Part shown: in pieces, positions 19,525 to 29,077 of the stretch | Numbering within the stretch: the stretch's first letter is position 1 | How the letters are laid out: each line of letters begins with the position of its first letter | The notes under the pieces: model-generated | Told to the model about the DNA's origin: nothing | Seen by the model: only the letters and a program-made list of their open reading frames with translations | Database searches by the model: none | Position numbers and translations under genes: made by a program | Origin: Candidatus Kaelpia aquatica | GTDB taxonomy: Bacteria; Omnitrophota; Gorgyraeia; Kaelpiales; Kaelpiaceae | Assembly (NCBI GenBank): GCA_030765335.1 | Contig: JAVCCU010000030.1 | Location: 5,324 to 69,323, forward strand | Length of the DNA stretch: 64,000 nt | Reading direction: 5' to 3'

Positions 19525-21087
19525 TTATTGATCTTCTACCTCTATCCTGGGAAATAAAGGTTCTCCTTTTTCAACAACCTGATTAAAAGGAACCTTGCCC
19601 CATGATGATATTTCAGAATAATCATGCTCTTTGACCTTATCCTTATACCCGAAATAAGACCATGCTTTCTGAGTAGATTCCGGAATAAAAGGAGTAAGTG
19701 CTATTAAAACAATCCTTATTACATCAGATAGAGTATATATAACATAAGCAAGCTCATCGGGATCTTCTTTCTTAAGCTTCCAGGGAGCCTTTACTTCAAT
19801 ATATTTATTTGCTGCACTTATTAATTCCCATATAACTTCTAGAACATTATGATAATTAACCACCTTCATGGACTCTTCAATCTTTTCATAGATTGATGCA
19901 ATCTTAAAAGAGAAGAATTCATCACAACTATTAACAGCTTTCTTGCTTTCCGGAATAATACCGTCATAGTACTTTACTATCATATTCAAAGTTCTGAAAA
20001 CAAGGTTTCCAAAGTCATTAGCCAAATCTGAGTTGACCCGTTTTATAAAACTGCTTTCTGAAAAGTTTCCATCCATCCCAAAAGGAACTTCTCTAAGTAA
20101 GAAATATCTCAAAGCATCGGTGCTATATCTATCAATCAACTCCCTAGGATCAACCACGTTACCTTTTGATTTAGACATCTTATCAATGCCCTCTTCTCTC
20201 TCTATTAACCACCAGCCGTGAGAGAATACCATAGCAGGAAGCTCCAGCCCTAACATATGCAACATTATCGGCCAATAAACGGCATGGTAACGCAAAATAT
20301 CCTTTGCCATAAACTGTACATCAGCAGGCCAGATGCTCTTAAAACTATCATCTTCTCTTAAAAAACCTGGGGCTGTTATATAGTTAAGCAAAGCTTCAAA
20401 CCAAACATAGGTAATATAATTATCGTCAAAAGGTAAGGTTATCCCCCAGGAAACCCTCTCTTTAGGGCGGGAGATACATAGGTCTGTTAATGGGTTTTCA
20501 AGAAAAGAGATAACTTCATTAAATCGCGATTGAGGTAAGATGAAATCTTTATTGTCTTCCAGGTAACCTCTAAGCCAATCTCTATACTCTGACACTTTTA
20601 AAAAATAGTTTTTCTCGGTTATAAACTCTAGTTCTCTTCCGCAATCAGGGCAAATCTTGTTCTCAACCTGAGACTCTATCCAAAAAGTCTCACAGGGCAT
20701 ACAATACCAACCCTCATAGTTTGATTCGTAGATATACCCTTCCTTATAAAGAAAACTGAGAATATTCTTAACCGTCTCTTCATGGCGAAACTCTGTTGTT
20801 CGAATAAAATCATCGTAAGATATATTTAAAATATCCCAGAGGCCGATAAACTTACTTACTATTGAGTCGCAGAAAACTTTAACATCATCCTCGCCTGACT
20901 CTCCAGCTGCTTTCTCAATCTTCTGACCATGCTCATCAGTGCCAGTTAAAAAATATACACTCTCTCCCCTCATCCTCATATAACGAGCTAAAACATCTGC
21001 TGCTACATTAGTATAGGCGTGGCCAATATGAGGCTCTCCATTTATATAATAAATCGGAGTAGTTATACAAAACTTCTTATTCTTCAT
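19525..21087 (-). CDS. metG: Methionine--tRNA ligase (short form)
   Basis: ITTPIYY, HIGH, GTDEHG, KMSKS, Zn-knuckle cysteines. Confidence 0.97.
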   Translation of the reverse strand: MKNKKFCITTPIYYINGEPHIGHAYTNVAADVLARYMRMRGESVYFLTGTDEHGQKIEKAAGESGEDDVKVFCDSIVSKFIGLWDILNISYDDFIRTTEFRHEETVKNILSFLYKEGYIYESNYEGWYCMPCETFWIESQVENKICPDCGRELEFITEKNYFLKVSEYRDWLRGYLEDNKDFILPQSRFNEVISFLENPLTDLCISRPKERVSWGITLPFDDNYITYVWFEALLNYITAPGFLREDDSFKSIWPADVQFMAKDILRYHAVYWPIMLHMLGLELPAMVFSHGWWLIEREEGIDKMSKSKGNVVDPRELIDRYSTDALRYFLLREVPFGMDGNFSESSFIKRVNSDLANDFGNLVFRTLNMIVKYYDGIIPESKKAVNSCDEFFSFKIASIYEKIEESMKVVNYHNVLEVIWELISAANKYIEVKAPWKLKKEDPDELAYVIYTLSDVIRIVLIALTPFIPESTQKAWSYFGYKDKVKEHDYSEISSWGKVPFNQVVEKGEPLFPRIEVEDQ

Positions 21088-21901
21088 TTTTAGAAACAGA
21101 ATTGTTATCTCTAAAATTTATCTTCTTAATCCTTCCATCTTCACATTCAACTTTGACAAATCCTGTAAGATAGTTTAAATCTACTACTTTGGCCTTGCCA
21201 TCTTCTAAATCTATCTTCTGCCCTATCTTAGGCATTGTCTTGAGCGCCTGATCGTAGAACTTTTTCTCAAAACTTAAACAACACATCAACCTGCCGCAGA
21301 CACCGGATATCTTACTCGGATTCATAGGAAGGTTTTGCTCTTTAGCAAACTTAACAGTGACAGGAGAGAACGTCTTTAAAAATGAAGCACAGCATAGCTC
21401 TCTGCCGCAAACACCGTAACCGCCCAAGATCTTAGCTTCATCTCTAACACCTATCTGCCTAAGCTCTATGCGGGTCTTAAATATTTTGGCCAGATCACGC
21501 ACAAGGGAACGAAAATCTATCCTCTCTTCAGCCGTAAAATAGAAGGTTACTTTTGTCCTGTCAAATGCATATTCTGCCCCAACAAGCTTCATCTCCAGCT
21601 TATGCTGACGTAATTTTCTTTCAAATACCCTGACAGCACTTCTGGATTTTCTCTCATTTCTTTTGATTTGTAGAAAATCTTCTTTAGTTGCCTTTCTTAT
21701 AATCTTATAAGTTCCTTTTGTATCTTTATCGCTGCCCATCTCATGGGGCTCAGAGATAATCTCACCATAATCATAACCTCTCTCTACCTGAAGAATAACA
21801 GTATCTCCTGCTAGTAGAGATAGATCTTCATAAAAACAATTTATTGCATTGCCTGCCTCTCTTAAACGTACATTAACTGTGTATTTCACTTTTAAGTTCA
21901 A
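21077..21901 (-). CDS. ricT: PSP1/RicT (YaaT) family protein
   Basis: RIDFRSLVRDLA, RIELRQIGVRDEA, CGRELCC, KISGVCGRLMCCL; holB-yaaT-metG context. Confidence 0.9.
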   Translation of the reverse strand: MNLKVKYTVNVRLREAGNAINCFYEDLSLLAGDTVILQVERGYDYGEIISEPHEMGSDKDTKGTYKIIRKATKEDFLQIKRNERKSRSAVRVFERKLRQHKLEMKLVGAEYAFDRTKVTFYFTAEERIDFRSLVRDLAKIFKTRIELRQIGVRDEAKILGGYGVCGRELCCASFLKTFSPVTVKFAKEQNLPMNPSKISGVCGRLMCCLSFEKKFYDQALKTMPKIGQKIDLEDGKAKVVDLNYLTGFVKVECEDGRIKKINFRDNNSVSKNEE

Positions 21902-22841
21902 CCTCCTTATATAAACTTCTAGCTACTTTATAGATAAAATCCGGATTTACGTTTGAATCTAACGCACTGTAAAGATACTCCAATTTATCGATTTTTTCAA
22001 TTAAATCTTTGGACTCAATACCTATAGCCTTCTCCCTACTGTTTAAACTCAGAAAAACTGACAGAGAATCAACACCATTGACTATACATAGAATATCTCT
22101 AATATAAAGAATTAAAATTCTAATCTTATCTTTCAGCTTCTTCCTCTGCTGATGCAAGAGACTCTTATCTCCCCTCTCCTTAAACCGTAAAGGACGAAAA
22201 GACTCTTTTAAAGTTGCCTCAATGCAAGTTAAATCTATACCATTTAAGTCAAAATCTAATCCGCCTCCAGAAAGAACCGACATTCTTGCTGACTCCTCTA
22301 TGGTCAAATTGAGCTTATCTCTCACAGTCTCTTTGCTAAGAGGCTTAAATTTCAACTCTTTACAGCGGGATTTTACAGTAGGAATTAGAGAATCCGGCCT
22401 TGAGCTAACTAAGATAATAACAGAATCTAAAGGAGGCTCTTCAAGGCTTTTAAGAAATGCATTGGCTGACTCAATATTCATCTTCTCAGCCTGATCTATT
22501 ATAAAAAACTTTCTCCTGGCATTTGCTGGAGAGAGATTTAAGAATCTCTGCAGCTCTCTTATCATATCAATAGTTATTTCATCGGATTTCTCTGCTGGGC
22601 GAACAATATAAAGATCGGAGTGAGACTCTCTCTCTATTTGAACACAACTCTGACAAACAGAACAACTATCCCCAGAACCTTGTAAACAATTAACAGATTT
22701 GGAGAACTCCTTAGCAATAGAGAACTTGCCGACTCCTTTTAATCCTGAAAATATAAAACTACCCGACACTTGATCTAACTCTATATAAGACCTAAGTATA
22801 GAGATTATCCTATCTTGATCTAAAAATTTATCCCAAGCCAT
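21873..22841 (-). CDS. holB: DNA polymerase III delta' subunit
   Basis: GLKGVGK, CSVCQSC, ANAFLKSLEEPP, PTVKSRC. Confidence 0.9.
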   Translation of the reverse strand: MAWDKFLDQDRIISILRSYIELDQVSGSFIFSGLKGVGKFSIAKEFSKSVNCLQGSGDSCSVCQSCVQIERESHSDLYIVRPAEKSDEITIDMIRELQRFLNLSPANARRKFFIIDQAEKMNIESANAFLKSLEEPPLDSVIILVSSRPDSLIPTVKSRCKELKFKPLSKETVRDKLNLTIEESARMSVLSGGGLDFDLNGIDLTCIEATLKESFRPLRFKERGDKSLLHQQRKKLKDKIRILILYIRDILCIVNGVDSLSVFLSLNSREKAIGIESKDLIEKIDKLEYLYSALDSNVNPDFIYKVARSLYKEVELKSEIHS

Positions 22842-22887
22842 TTATTTATTATACTCTAAATAACCTCAGGATTGGAGCTTTAAATGG

Positions 22888-24675
22888 CTAAAACGCCATT
22901 GCTATACCCATTGAAGCCCATCTCCCGGGCAACTGAATACCTTCTACATCAAACTGCGAAGCATTGGTTAAATTCATAAACTTTAGATAGAGATCTACGA
23001 AATTACCTTTTAAAACAATCTCTTTAGATAAAACCAGATCTAAATTAAAAAATCCGCTATTTTTAACTCTCTCCTGATAGCTTAAATCTAAATTAATATC
23101 AAGATAGTCTGTTTTTATTTTTTGGGCAGCACTGAAGCTATATTGGAGATGATTAGCGATATATTTACTATAAGATGCATTGCTCTTATGTTCCGCATTA
23201 AACAGAGCATATGAGAATTCAAAATCACCATAAGAGAGCCAGCCTTCTACTCCATCCGTTCTAGCATAAGAGACGTTCTGAGCCCTCCATACATCAGAAG
23301 CAGAGCTCCTGGCCCAATCAATTAGATTGTAATCAAAACGCCGAAAAATCGAAGCCCCGTAAGATAAGATGCCTTTCTTTGCAAAACCTAGCTCTATACT
23401 AAAAGAGTCTTCAACTGATAAACTAGGATTGCCGAGGTTGGCCGGACTAGAGTAGTAAAGTTCTGTAAAACTCGGAACTCGATACGCTCTCTGAAAAGAC
23501 GAAAAGATACTCTTCTCTTCTGTTAATCTATATTCAAGATAGAGCCCCGGACTTATCTCAATATCAAGATCGCTATAGCTATCCACTCTAAGGCTTATTA
23601 AAGAACTTAATCTATCCGATAATTCTTTAGATACCGCTGTAGACAAAGAGAGTAGAGATCTTGAATGTGTGCCCATATTTATGCTATCAATCTCCTCCTC
23701 CCTAGCTTCCAGAGAGAGATCTATCCCGGAATCAAGCATTGTAAACCTAAAGGGCAACTTAATCCCTCTAATATAATTAGTGCTAACGTTTTTAAACAAA
23801 TCAGGGTCACTCCTATCAAGAATAAATTTATCCCAATGACGACGAAAATATAAAGTCGGCGAGAAAGCAAAATTATTCCAAATAAAATCAAAATTAACCA
23901 TATAAAGGTTTGTATCTATATTCTCCTCTTCCCTGGGATAGCTAGATGAATAAAAAGAGCTGGCGCCAAACTCTTTACTGTTATGGGCAATAACAACTCT
24001 GGGTGATCCAGGCATTTCATTAAAAATTAACTTAGAGAATATGTTGAATAAACTAAAATCCGTCTCTTCTCTATAAGAGGCAGCGGAACTTTGCTGAATA
24101 CCTAGATGGTAGTTCAAAGGTTCACTGACCCTATCTAAGGCAATATTAAAAATACGCATCTGTTTCTCTCCAAAAACACTGCTCACTCTTAGGTTATTCT
24201 CTTCTGGATTAACAGTCTCAATATCAAGTACCCCGCCTATAGCATGAGAGCCATAGAGAGAAGAATTTAACCCTTTTAGCACTTTTATGCTCTGCCAATC
24301 ATAATTAGAGAACGGTAGATCCATGCTATAATGAGATGTCTGAGGATCGCTTAAGCTTATTCCGTCAACAACAACAAGATTCTGCTCAAAACTGCTAGCC
24401 CTGATATTTAACTCTGATTGCATAGCAAATAAACCGCGTTGTTGTATATCAATATTAGATTTACTCTCAATAAGATCATCGATGGAGCTATAAAGAAGCC
24501 CCTTCTCTTCTTCAGCAACCAATCTGCTGCTCGATAAAGAGAGTCCTGTAAAAGAAGAAGGATCGTCTCTAAGCGCTATAGGAGACAATTCAATTATCTC
24601 AGAAGCATCTATAGCTCTGATGGCAGCTAACAAAAGAAGAGCTAAATTTACTTTTTTAGATAAGAGAGAATACAT
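22888..24675 (-). CDS. TonB-dependent outer membrane receptor
   Basis: Signal peptide, plug motifs (NIRASSFEQNLVVVDG, IKVLKGLNSSLYGSHAIGGV), RVPSFTELYY, C-terminal Phe. Start set at Met11 of the track ORF. Confidence 0.9.
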   Translation of the reverse strand: MYSLLSKKVNLALLLLAAIRAIDASEIIELSPIALRDDPSSFTGLSLSSSRLVAEEEKGLLYSSIDDLIESKSNIDIQQRGLFAMQSELNIRASSFEQNLVVVDGISLSDPQTSHYSMDLPFSNYDWQSIKVLKGLNSSLYGSHAIGGVLDIETVNPEENNLRVSSVFGEKQMRIFNIALDRVSEPLNYHLGIQQSSAASYREETDFSLFNIFSKLIFNEMPGSPRVVIAHNSKEFGASSFYSSSYPREEENIDTNLYMVNFDFIWNNFAFSPTLYFRRHWDKFILDRSDPDLFKNVSTNYIRGIKLPFRFTMLDSGIDLSLEAREEEIDSINMGTHSRSLLSLSTAVSKELSDRLSSLISLRVDSYSDLDIEISPGLYLEYRLTEEKSIFSSFQRAYRVPSFTELYYSSPANLGNPSLSVEDSFSIELGFAKKGILSYGASIFRRFDYNLIDWARSSASDVWRAQNVSYARTDGVEGWLSYGDFEFSYALFNAEHKSNASYSKYIANHLQYSFSAAQKIKTDYLDINLDLSYQERVKNSGFFNLDLVLSKEIVLKGNFVDLYLKFMNLTNASQFDVEGIQLPGRWASMGIAMAF

Positions 24676-25931
24676 ATAACAAATATTGAGGTTAAATATG
24701 AACAAGCTACTCCAGCTTTAAAGCCCGAAAAAGCAGATACTGCCCCAATAGAGCCTGAGACCAGCATGCCTATAAAAACAGCTCTATTTTTTATTTTCAA
24801 TCTATCTTTAAAGGGGATCAATAAGAAAGGAATAAAAACACCTGATATATAAATTGAATAGGAAGCCTTAAGAAGACTGATGATATTTTCAAAATAAAAG
24901 CTTAAAATAAATGCCAGCAATGCTACTAGGAATATAACAATCCTGGTATAAAGAACATTTTTATCCTCAGGTAGGCTCAAAATGTCATGTGTAAACATAG
25001 TAGCTGATGTCATAAGGCAGCTATCCGCTGAAGAAAGAATAGCAGAGACTAGGGCTATTAAAAAAACATAGAACAACGCGCTATGATTAAATAAAATATC
25101 AAAGAAAAGATTCAAGATACTAGGTGCATCAGAAACTCCAAAAACATTGCGAAGCATTAAAGCAGGAGATACTATCAATATAGATATAGGTAAAAGCGCC
25201 AATGCTGCCATCTTAAGAGATTTTTTTATAATATTTTTATCCTTAGAACAAAAAACTCTAGAATGTACATCAGGGCCTATAAAATAGACTGGGACCAATA
25301 TAAGAGCAAGATAGATTAAATCCCTAACAGAGAAATTGCTATTTAGAGGAAATTTTAAATAACCACAACTCTTATTTAAACAACTAAAATCAAGTTGCTT
25401 AATAAAAATATAATTAACAGCCAAAAATCCTAAAATCAACAATAGAAACTGAACTCTATCAGTGATAATTACTGCTCTCTGCCCGCCAATTATTGTATAT
25501 ACAGCCAAGAATAGTGTTACCAAAAAAACTACCATCAGAGAGGAAAGCTCAGGAATAAATATCTCTATTATTTTTTTAAGCGCAAGTAACTGGGCAGCTA
25601 TGATTCCAATCCATGCTAGGAATATAACCCAACTTGCAATCCTTCTTACGCCTAAACCATATTTTTTACCTAAAAATTCAGCTATAGTATAATTATCACT
25701 TTTTAAGAAAAAGCTAGAATAAACTAATGATAGTAAGAATAGACCTAGAGAACCAAATATAAGCCATAGAATAGCTGGCGCGCCAACGGAATAGGCGAAT
25801 CCCATTAAACCTATAGTCGAAGAGGCACCTACGATAGTGGCCAAAAGTGAGAAGGTTAGCTGAGTTACGCTAATATTCCTTCCGGCTAAATAAAAATCTC
25901 TATTTTTCATAAAACACGAAAGATAAAACAA
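24648..25931 (-). CDS. Sodium:solute symporter (SSS) family transporter
   Basis: DFYLAGR, ATIVGAS, YTIIGGQRAVIITDRVQ, SAILSSADS. Start may be ATG 25910. Confidence 0.9.
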   Translation of the reverse strand: MFYLSCFMKNRDFYLAGRNISVTQLTFSLLATIVGASSTIGLMGFAYSVGAPAILWLIFGSLGLFLLSLVYSSFFLKSDNYTIAEFLGKKYGLGVRRIASWVIFLAWIGIIAAQLLALKKIIEIFIPELSSLMVVFLVTLFLAVYTIIGGQRAVIITDRVQFLLLILGFLAVNYIFIKQLDFSCLNKSCGYLKFPLNSNFSVRDLIYLALILVPVYFIGPDVHSRVFCSKDKNIIKKSLKMAALALLPISILIVSPALMLRNVFGVSDAPSILNLFFDILFNHSALFYVFLIALVSAILSSADSCLMTSATMFTHDILSLPEDKNVLYTRIVIFLVALLAFILSFYFENIISLLKASYSIYISGVFIPFLLIPFKDRLKIKNRAVFIGMLVSGSIGAVSAFSGFKAGVACSYLTSIFVICILSYLKK

Positions 25932-25947
25932 TGGACAATAAAACTGA

Positions 25948-25983
25948 TGTTAACTATTATAAAAATTAAGTAAACAAAGTCAA
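25948..25983 (-). promoter_or_regulatory. Sigma70 promoter (TTGACT-N16-TATAAT) overlapped by BirA-type operator TGTTAAC-N15-GTAAACA
   Basis: -35 at 25978-25983, -10 at 25956-25961; operator half-sites at 25948-25954 and 25970-25976. Confidence 0.7.
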
Positions 25984-26031
25984 CAAATAAATCTGTTTAT
26001 TTAAATACTATGGTTTGAAAAATAAGAAAAA

Positions 26032-26928
26032 TCAATCAGAGAAAATAGAGAGCAGCATCTTCAACTGCTTCTTCTTATCTGCATCTTCAATGTAGATCGC
26101 TAAAGCAGTACCTAGCTCAATTCTTATGCTCTGCTTAGCCTGACTTGTATTCATAAGAATATTTATAGTGTGCTGATAAATTATACTCAATATATCTTGA
26201 TTAAAATATTTCATATTTACAGCAAGACAATTAGATGCCCCAAAAAGAATTTCTCCTCTATAATCAAGATTATCTTTCTGGTTTAATCCGTCGAACAAAA
26301 GATTAACTGATGTCAATTGCGCTGTTGGTGTTAAGAATCTAATCAGCTTACTTAATTGATCTATCTGAGTTAATAACATGGCTCCTGCGCACCTTAGTCC
26401 AACTAGATCTATAATCTCTGGATTTACAGTCCCCATCTCTTTTTCATTAAGACTTGTAACAAAAAAAGACAATATGTCTATACCCTCGTCTACTCTATTA
26501 GTAGAGAGATTCTGCGGAGTTACAAATTGTCCAATAAGTCCAGTGAACACGCCGGCTGCAATATACTTTTTATAAAAATAGACTACTATCTCAAGTCTGG
26601 TTTCAGTATCCAAATAGGGAAACAACTGAGACAAGCAATACAAGGCTGTCTTTCTTTTGTATACCTCCTTACTGCTTATAGCCAAAGACGTCAAAGACAT
26701 AACCACCTCTTTTTTTATGCTTTTATCTTCTTCAGCCAACTCATTCATTAAAGATCTTAGCTTCGTTAAGCTGGCTAGTTGATTAGATGAATTTAAAACA
26801 TCAAAAATAGCAGTTATCTCAATAAGATAGCTATTAGGTGATTTTGTTCTTCTGCAAATAACACCACCTTCATCATCGGCAACGAATATTACAGATAACA
26901 ATATCACAACAAATAGAACCCTTCTCAT
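26032..26928 (-). CDS. Hypothetical exported alpha-helical protein
   Basis: 298-aa ORF, strong SD (GGGAGGGGG), signal-like N-terminus, no recognised motif. Confidence 0.65.
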   Translation of the reverse strand: MRRVLFVVILLSVIFVADDEGGVICRRTKSPNSYLIEITAIFDVLNSSNQLASLTKLRSLMNELAEEDKSIKKEVVMSLTSLAISSKEVYKRKTALYCLSQLFPYLDTETRLEIVVYFYKKYIAAGVFTGLIGQFVTPQNLSTNRVDEGIDILSFFVTSLNEKEMGTVNPEIIDLVGLRCAGAMLLTQIDQLSKLIRFLTPTAQLTSVNLLFDGLNQKDNLDYRGEILFGASNCLAVNMKYFNQDILSIIYQHTINILMNTSQAKQSIRIELGTALAIYIEDADKKKQLKMLLSIFSD

Positions 26929-27560
26929 TCCCCCTCCCTATGTTAGCCGAGTTTCTCAACTAACTATTATTTAAAAACCTTCAAAAAACTGCTATTCATT
27001 GCCCAATCTACTGAGTAATTGTTCCGTTGGAAACTCTCTGAATAACTGTTCCAAATATTCCTCGATTAAAATATAACAATAATCCATTTAAATTTGTGAT
27101 ACCATAAAAATCATTAATACTACTGATTTATCAATTTTTTTTATTTCACCTCTTCTCACACTTTATAAAGCGTATACAATAAATATACCACATATAAACA
27201 CACTGTCAAATAACAGCATTGTTTTTTAAAAATAAATAAAAAACATCTGTAAACTATTATCATACAGAGATTTAGATATGAAAACTCCGCTTGCTATTAT
27301 TATACAACATAACATTGCTACATTAATTATTGAAATAACATTGTGTTTTTATACAGCACCTTTCTCCTCTAAGTTTCTTTTTAAGTGGTTTGTTATACTT
27401 GTAAATCTGCAATTATCTACATGTTCATAGAACGCTAATATCTTGCTAAAATCTTTAAATTCTTACCTTCTGACCTACATCTATATAAATCATTCAATAT
27501 AAATGAATAATAAGGGTAGATACTGATTTTTATACCATATAATAAAAACTTTCACTAAGA

Positions 27561-27588
27561 TTGCTAAAAGTAGAAAATATGGTATAAA
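27561..27588 (+). promoter_or_regulatory. Putative promoter TTGCTA-N16-TATAAA with extended -10 for the 27617 gene
   Basis: TTGCTA 27561-27566, TGgTATAAA 27580-27588; lies within an inverted repeat. Confidence 0.5.
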
Positions 27589-27616
27589 TACAGTAGAGAG
27601 CTTAGGATAGATAAAT

Positions 27617-29077
27617 ATGAAGATCATTAAAAATTTAATTTTACTTTTAGTAATCGAAATATTTCTAGTAACACAGAACTACCCTGTATTTGCTTCTGTA
27701 CCTACCTCTTTCGATAAAATCAACGAAATAATCAATGCAACTGAGCAAAAAACAGACTTAGCAATATCCTCCGCTAATATAATCGCAAGAAGAACACGTA
27801 CGTCGCAAAACTCAGCACAAGAAATCATACGTAATTTCTTTGAAAGTCACGGTATAACGATTGTATCTGAACCTATAACAGGGGCCGTAAGCACCGAGAG
27901 CATACTATCCATGCTATCGCTTCTATTAGATTTAAAAGGACCAAATACAGAGAGTCTCCAAGATGAATTGGGTGGCATATTAGATACAATAACGGAACAA
28001 TCTGGATGTACCCCAGAAGAAGCCTGCAAATCTTTATTAGATTATATTGCACCATTTCTTATACCTCTTACATCAGAAGCAGAAGAAACAGTAGAACAAT
28101 CTTTGGTGTTTTTATTAGATTATACTACATACTTGTTTGAATTAGGGATGGAACAGAATGCAACCATAGCTGCATTTGAAAATCTTGCTCAGAATATTAA
28201 TACAACCATGATAGAACTATATAGTTCTTTGATTGCAAAAGCAAGCAATGTGGCAACTGGATTAAATTCCAACCTAGAACTTTACAGATTAAATCCTACT
28301 CTAGAACCTTCAGAAATAATAAATCATATTAAACAAATAGCCTTTAGATGCATCGATCTTTATGCTGGCAACACTGTTGAACATGTAGAAGAAAGATTTA
28401 ATGCAAACGGTGGCATAAAAGTAACAGAGTATAAACTCAGCAATTTCTTGGCAGAGAATAAGTTAACTCCTGAAGATTTTGATGAGAACGGCATTAAAAT
28501 AGACGGTATAGATGTGAATATGAACATAGATATAGAGAAATTGTGTAAATCCATTGGCATACAGGGTTTAAAAGATTTAGAATTATTGCTTGGCTTTTTG
28601 GAATCTTTAACAAAAAATATTGTTAAAAATATAAACATTTATGAACATCACTATGATAATACAGACTCAACAACTAGAATAACAGTTACAGAAACAGAAA
28701 AAAGAGTAAATATATATCTAGCAGCTGAGGACTATAGTAACTTCTCCAACGTTAACATAAACATAGGAACCTTAGCTACTCAACTAGTACAATTTAACAG
28801 AACCATGAAAGGCATGTCGAAAAGAGCATCTATAAGATTCGATCTCACCGACTATGCTAATAAATACGATGATACCAGTGAGGAAGACATGGACATAGAC
28901 CTTGAGATTGACTCTCCATGTATTGTAATAGCCTTGGCTTTTACAGGCAGTGGTAACATACACGATTATAGTCTAAGATTGTTTAATAGCGATTCTCGTG
29001 GACCTCCAGAGTTTACAGTTTTTGCACAGGCAGCTATGGAAGCTTTCGGTTTTGGTGTTTTACAAGAAGTTCCTTGA
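27617..29077 (+). CDS. Hypothetical secreted acidic protein
   Basis: 486-aa ORF, Sec signal peptide ending VFA, no recognised domain; overlaps the birA 3' end by 18 bp. Confidence 0.7.
   Translation: MKIIKNLILLLVIEIFLVTQNYPVFASVPTSFDKINEIINATEQKTDLAISSANIIARRTRTSQNSAQEIIRNFFESHGITIVSEPITGAVSTESILSMLSLLLDLKGPNTESLQDELGGILDTITEQSGCTPEEACKSLLDYIAPFLIPLTSEAEETVEQSLVFLLDYTTYLFELGMEQNATIAAFENLAQNINTTMIELYSSLIAKASNVATGLNSNLELYRLNPTLEPSEIINHIKQIAFRCIDLYAGNTVEHVEERFNANGGIKVTEYKLSNFLAENKLTPEDFDENGIKIDGIDVNMNIDIEKLCKSIGIQGLKDLELLLGFLESLTKNIVKNINIYEHHYDNTDSTTRITVTETEKRVNIYLAAEDYSNFSNVNINIGTLATQLVQFNRTMKGMSKRASIRFDLTDYANKYDDTSEEDMDIDLEIDSPCIVIALAFTGSGNIHDYSLRLFNSDSRGPPEFTVFAQAAMEAFGFGVLQEVP

Noticed and set aside
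22888-24705. Calling the TBDR btuB
   Set aside because: No cobalamin riboswitch or btuFCD nearby, and the regulatory evidence points to biotin. B12 cannot be fully excluded.
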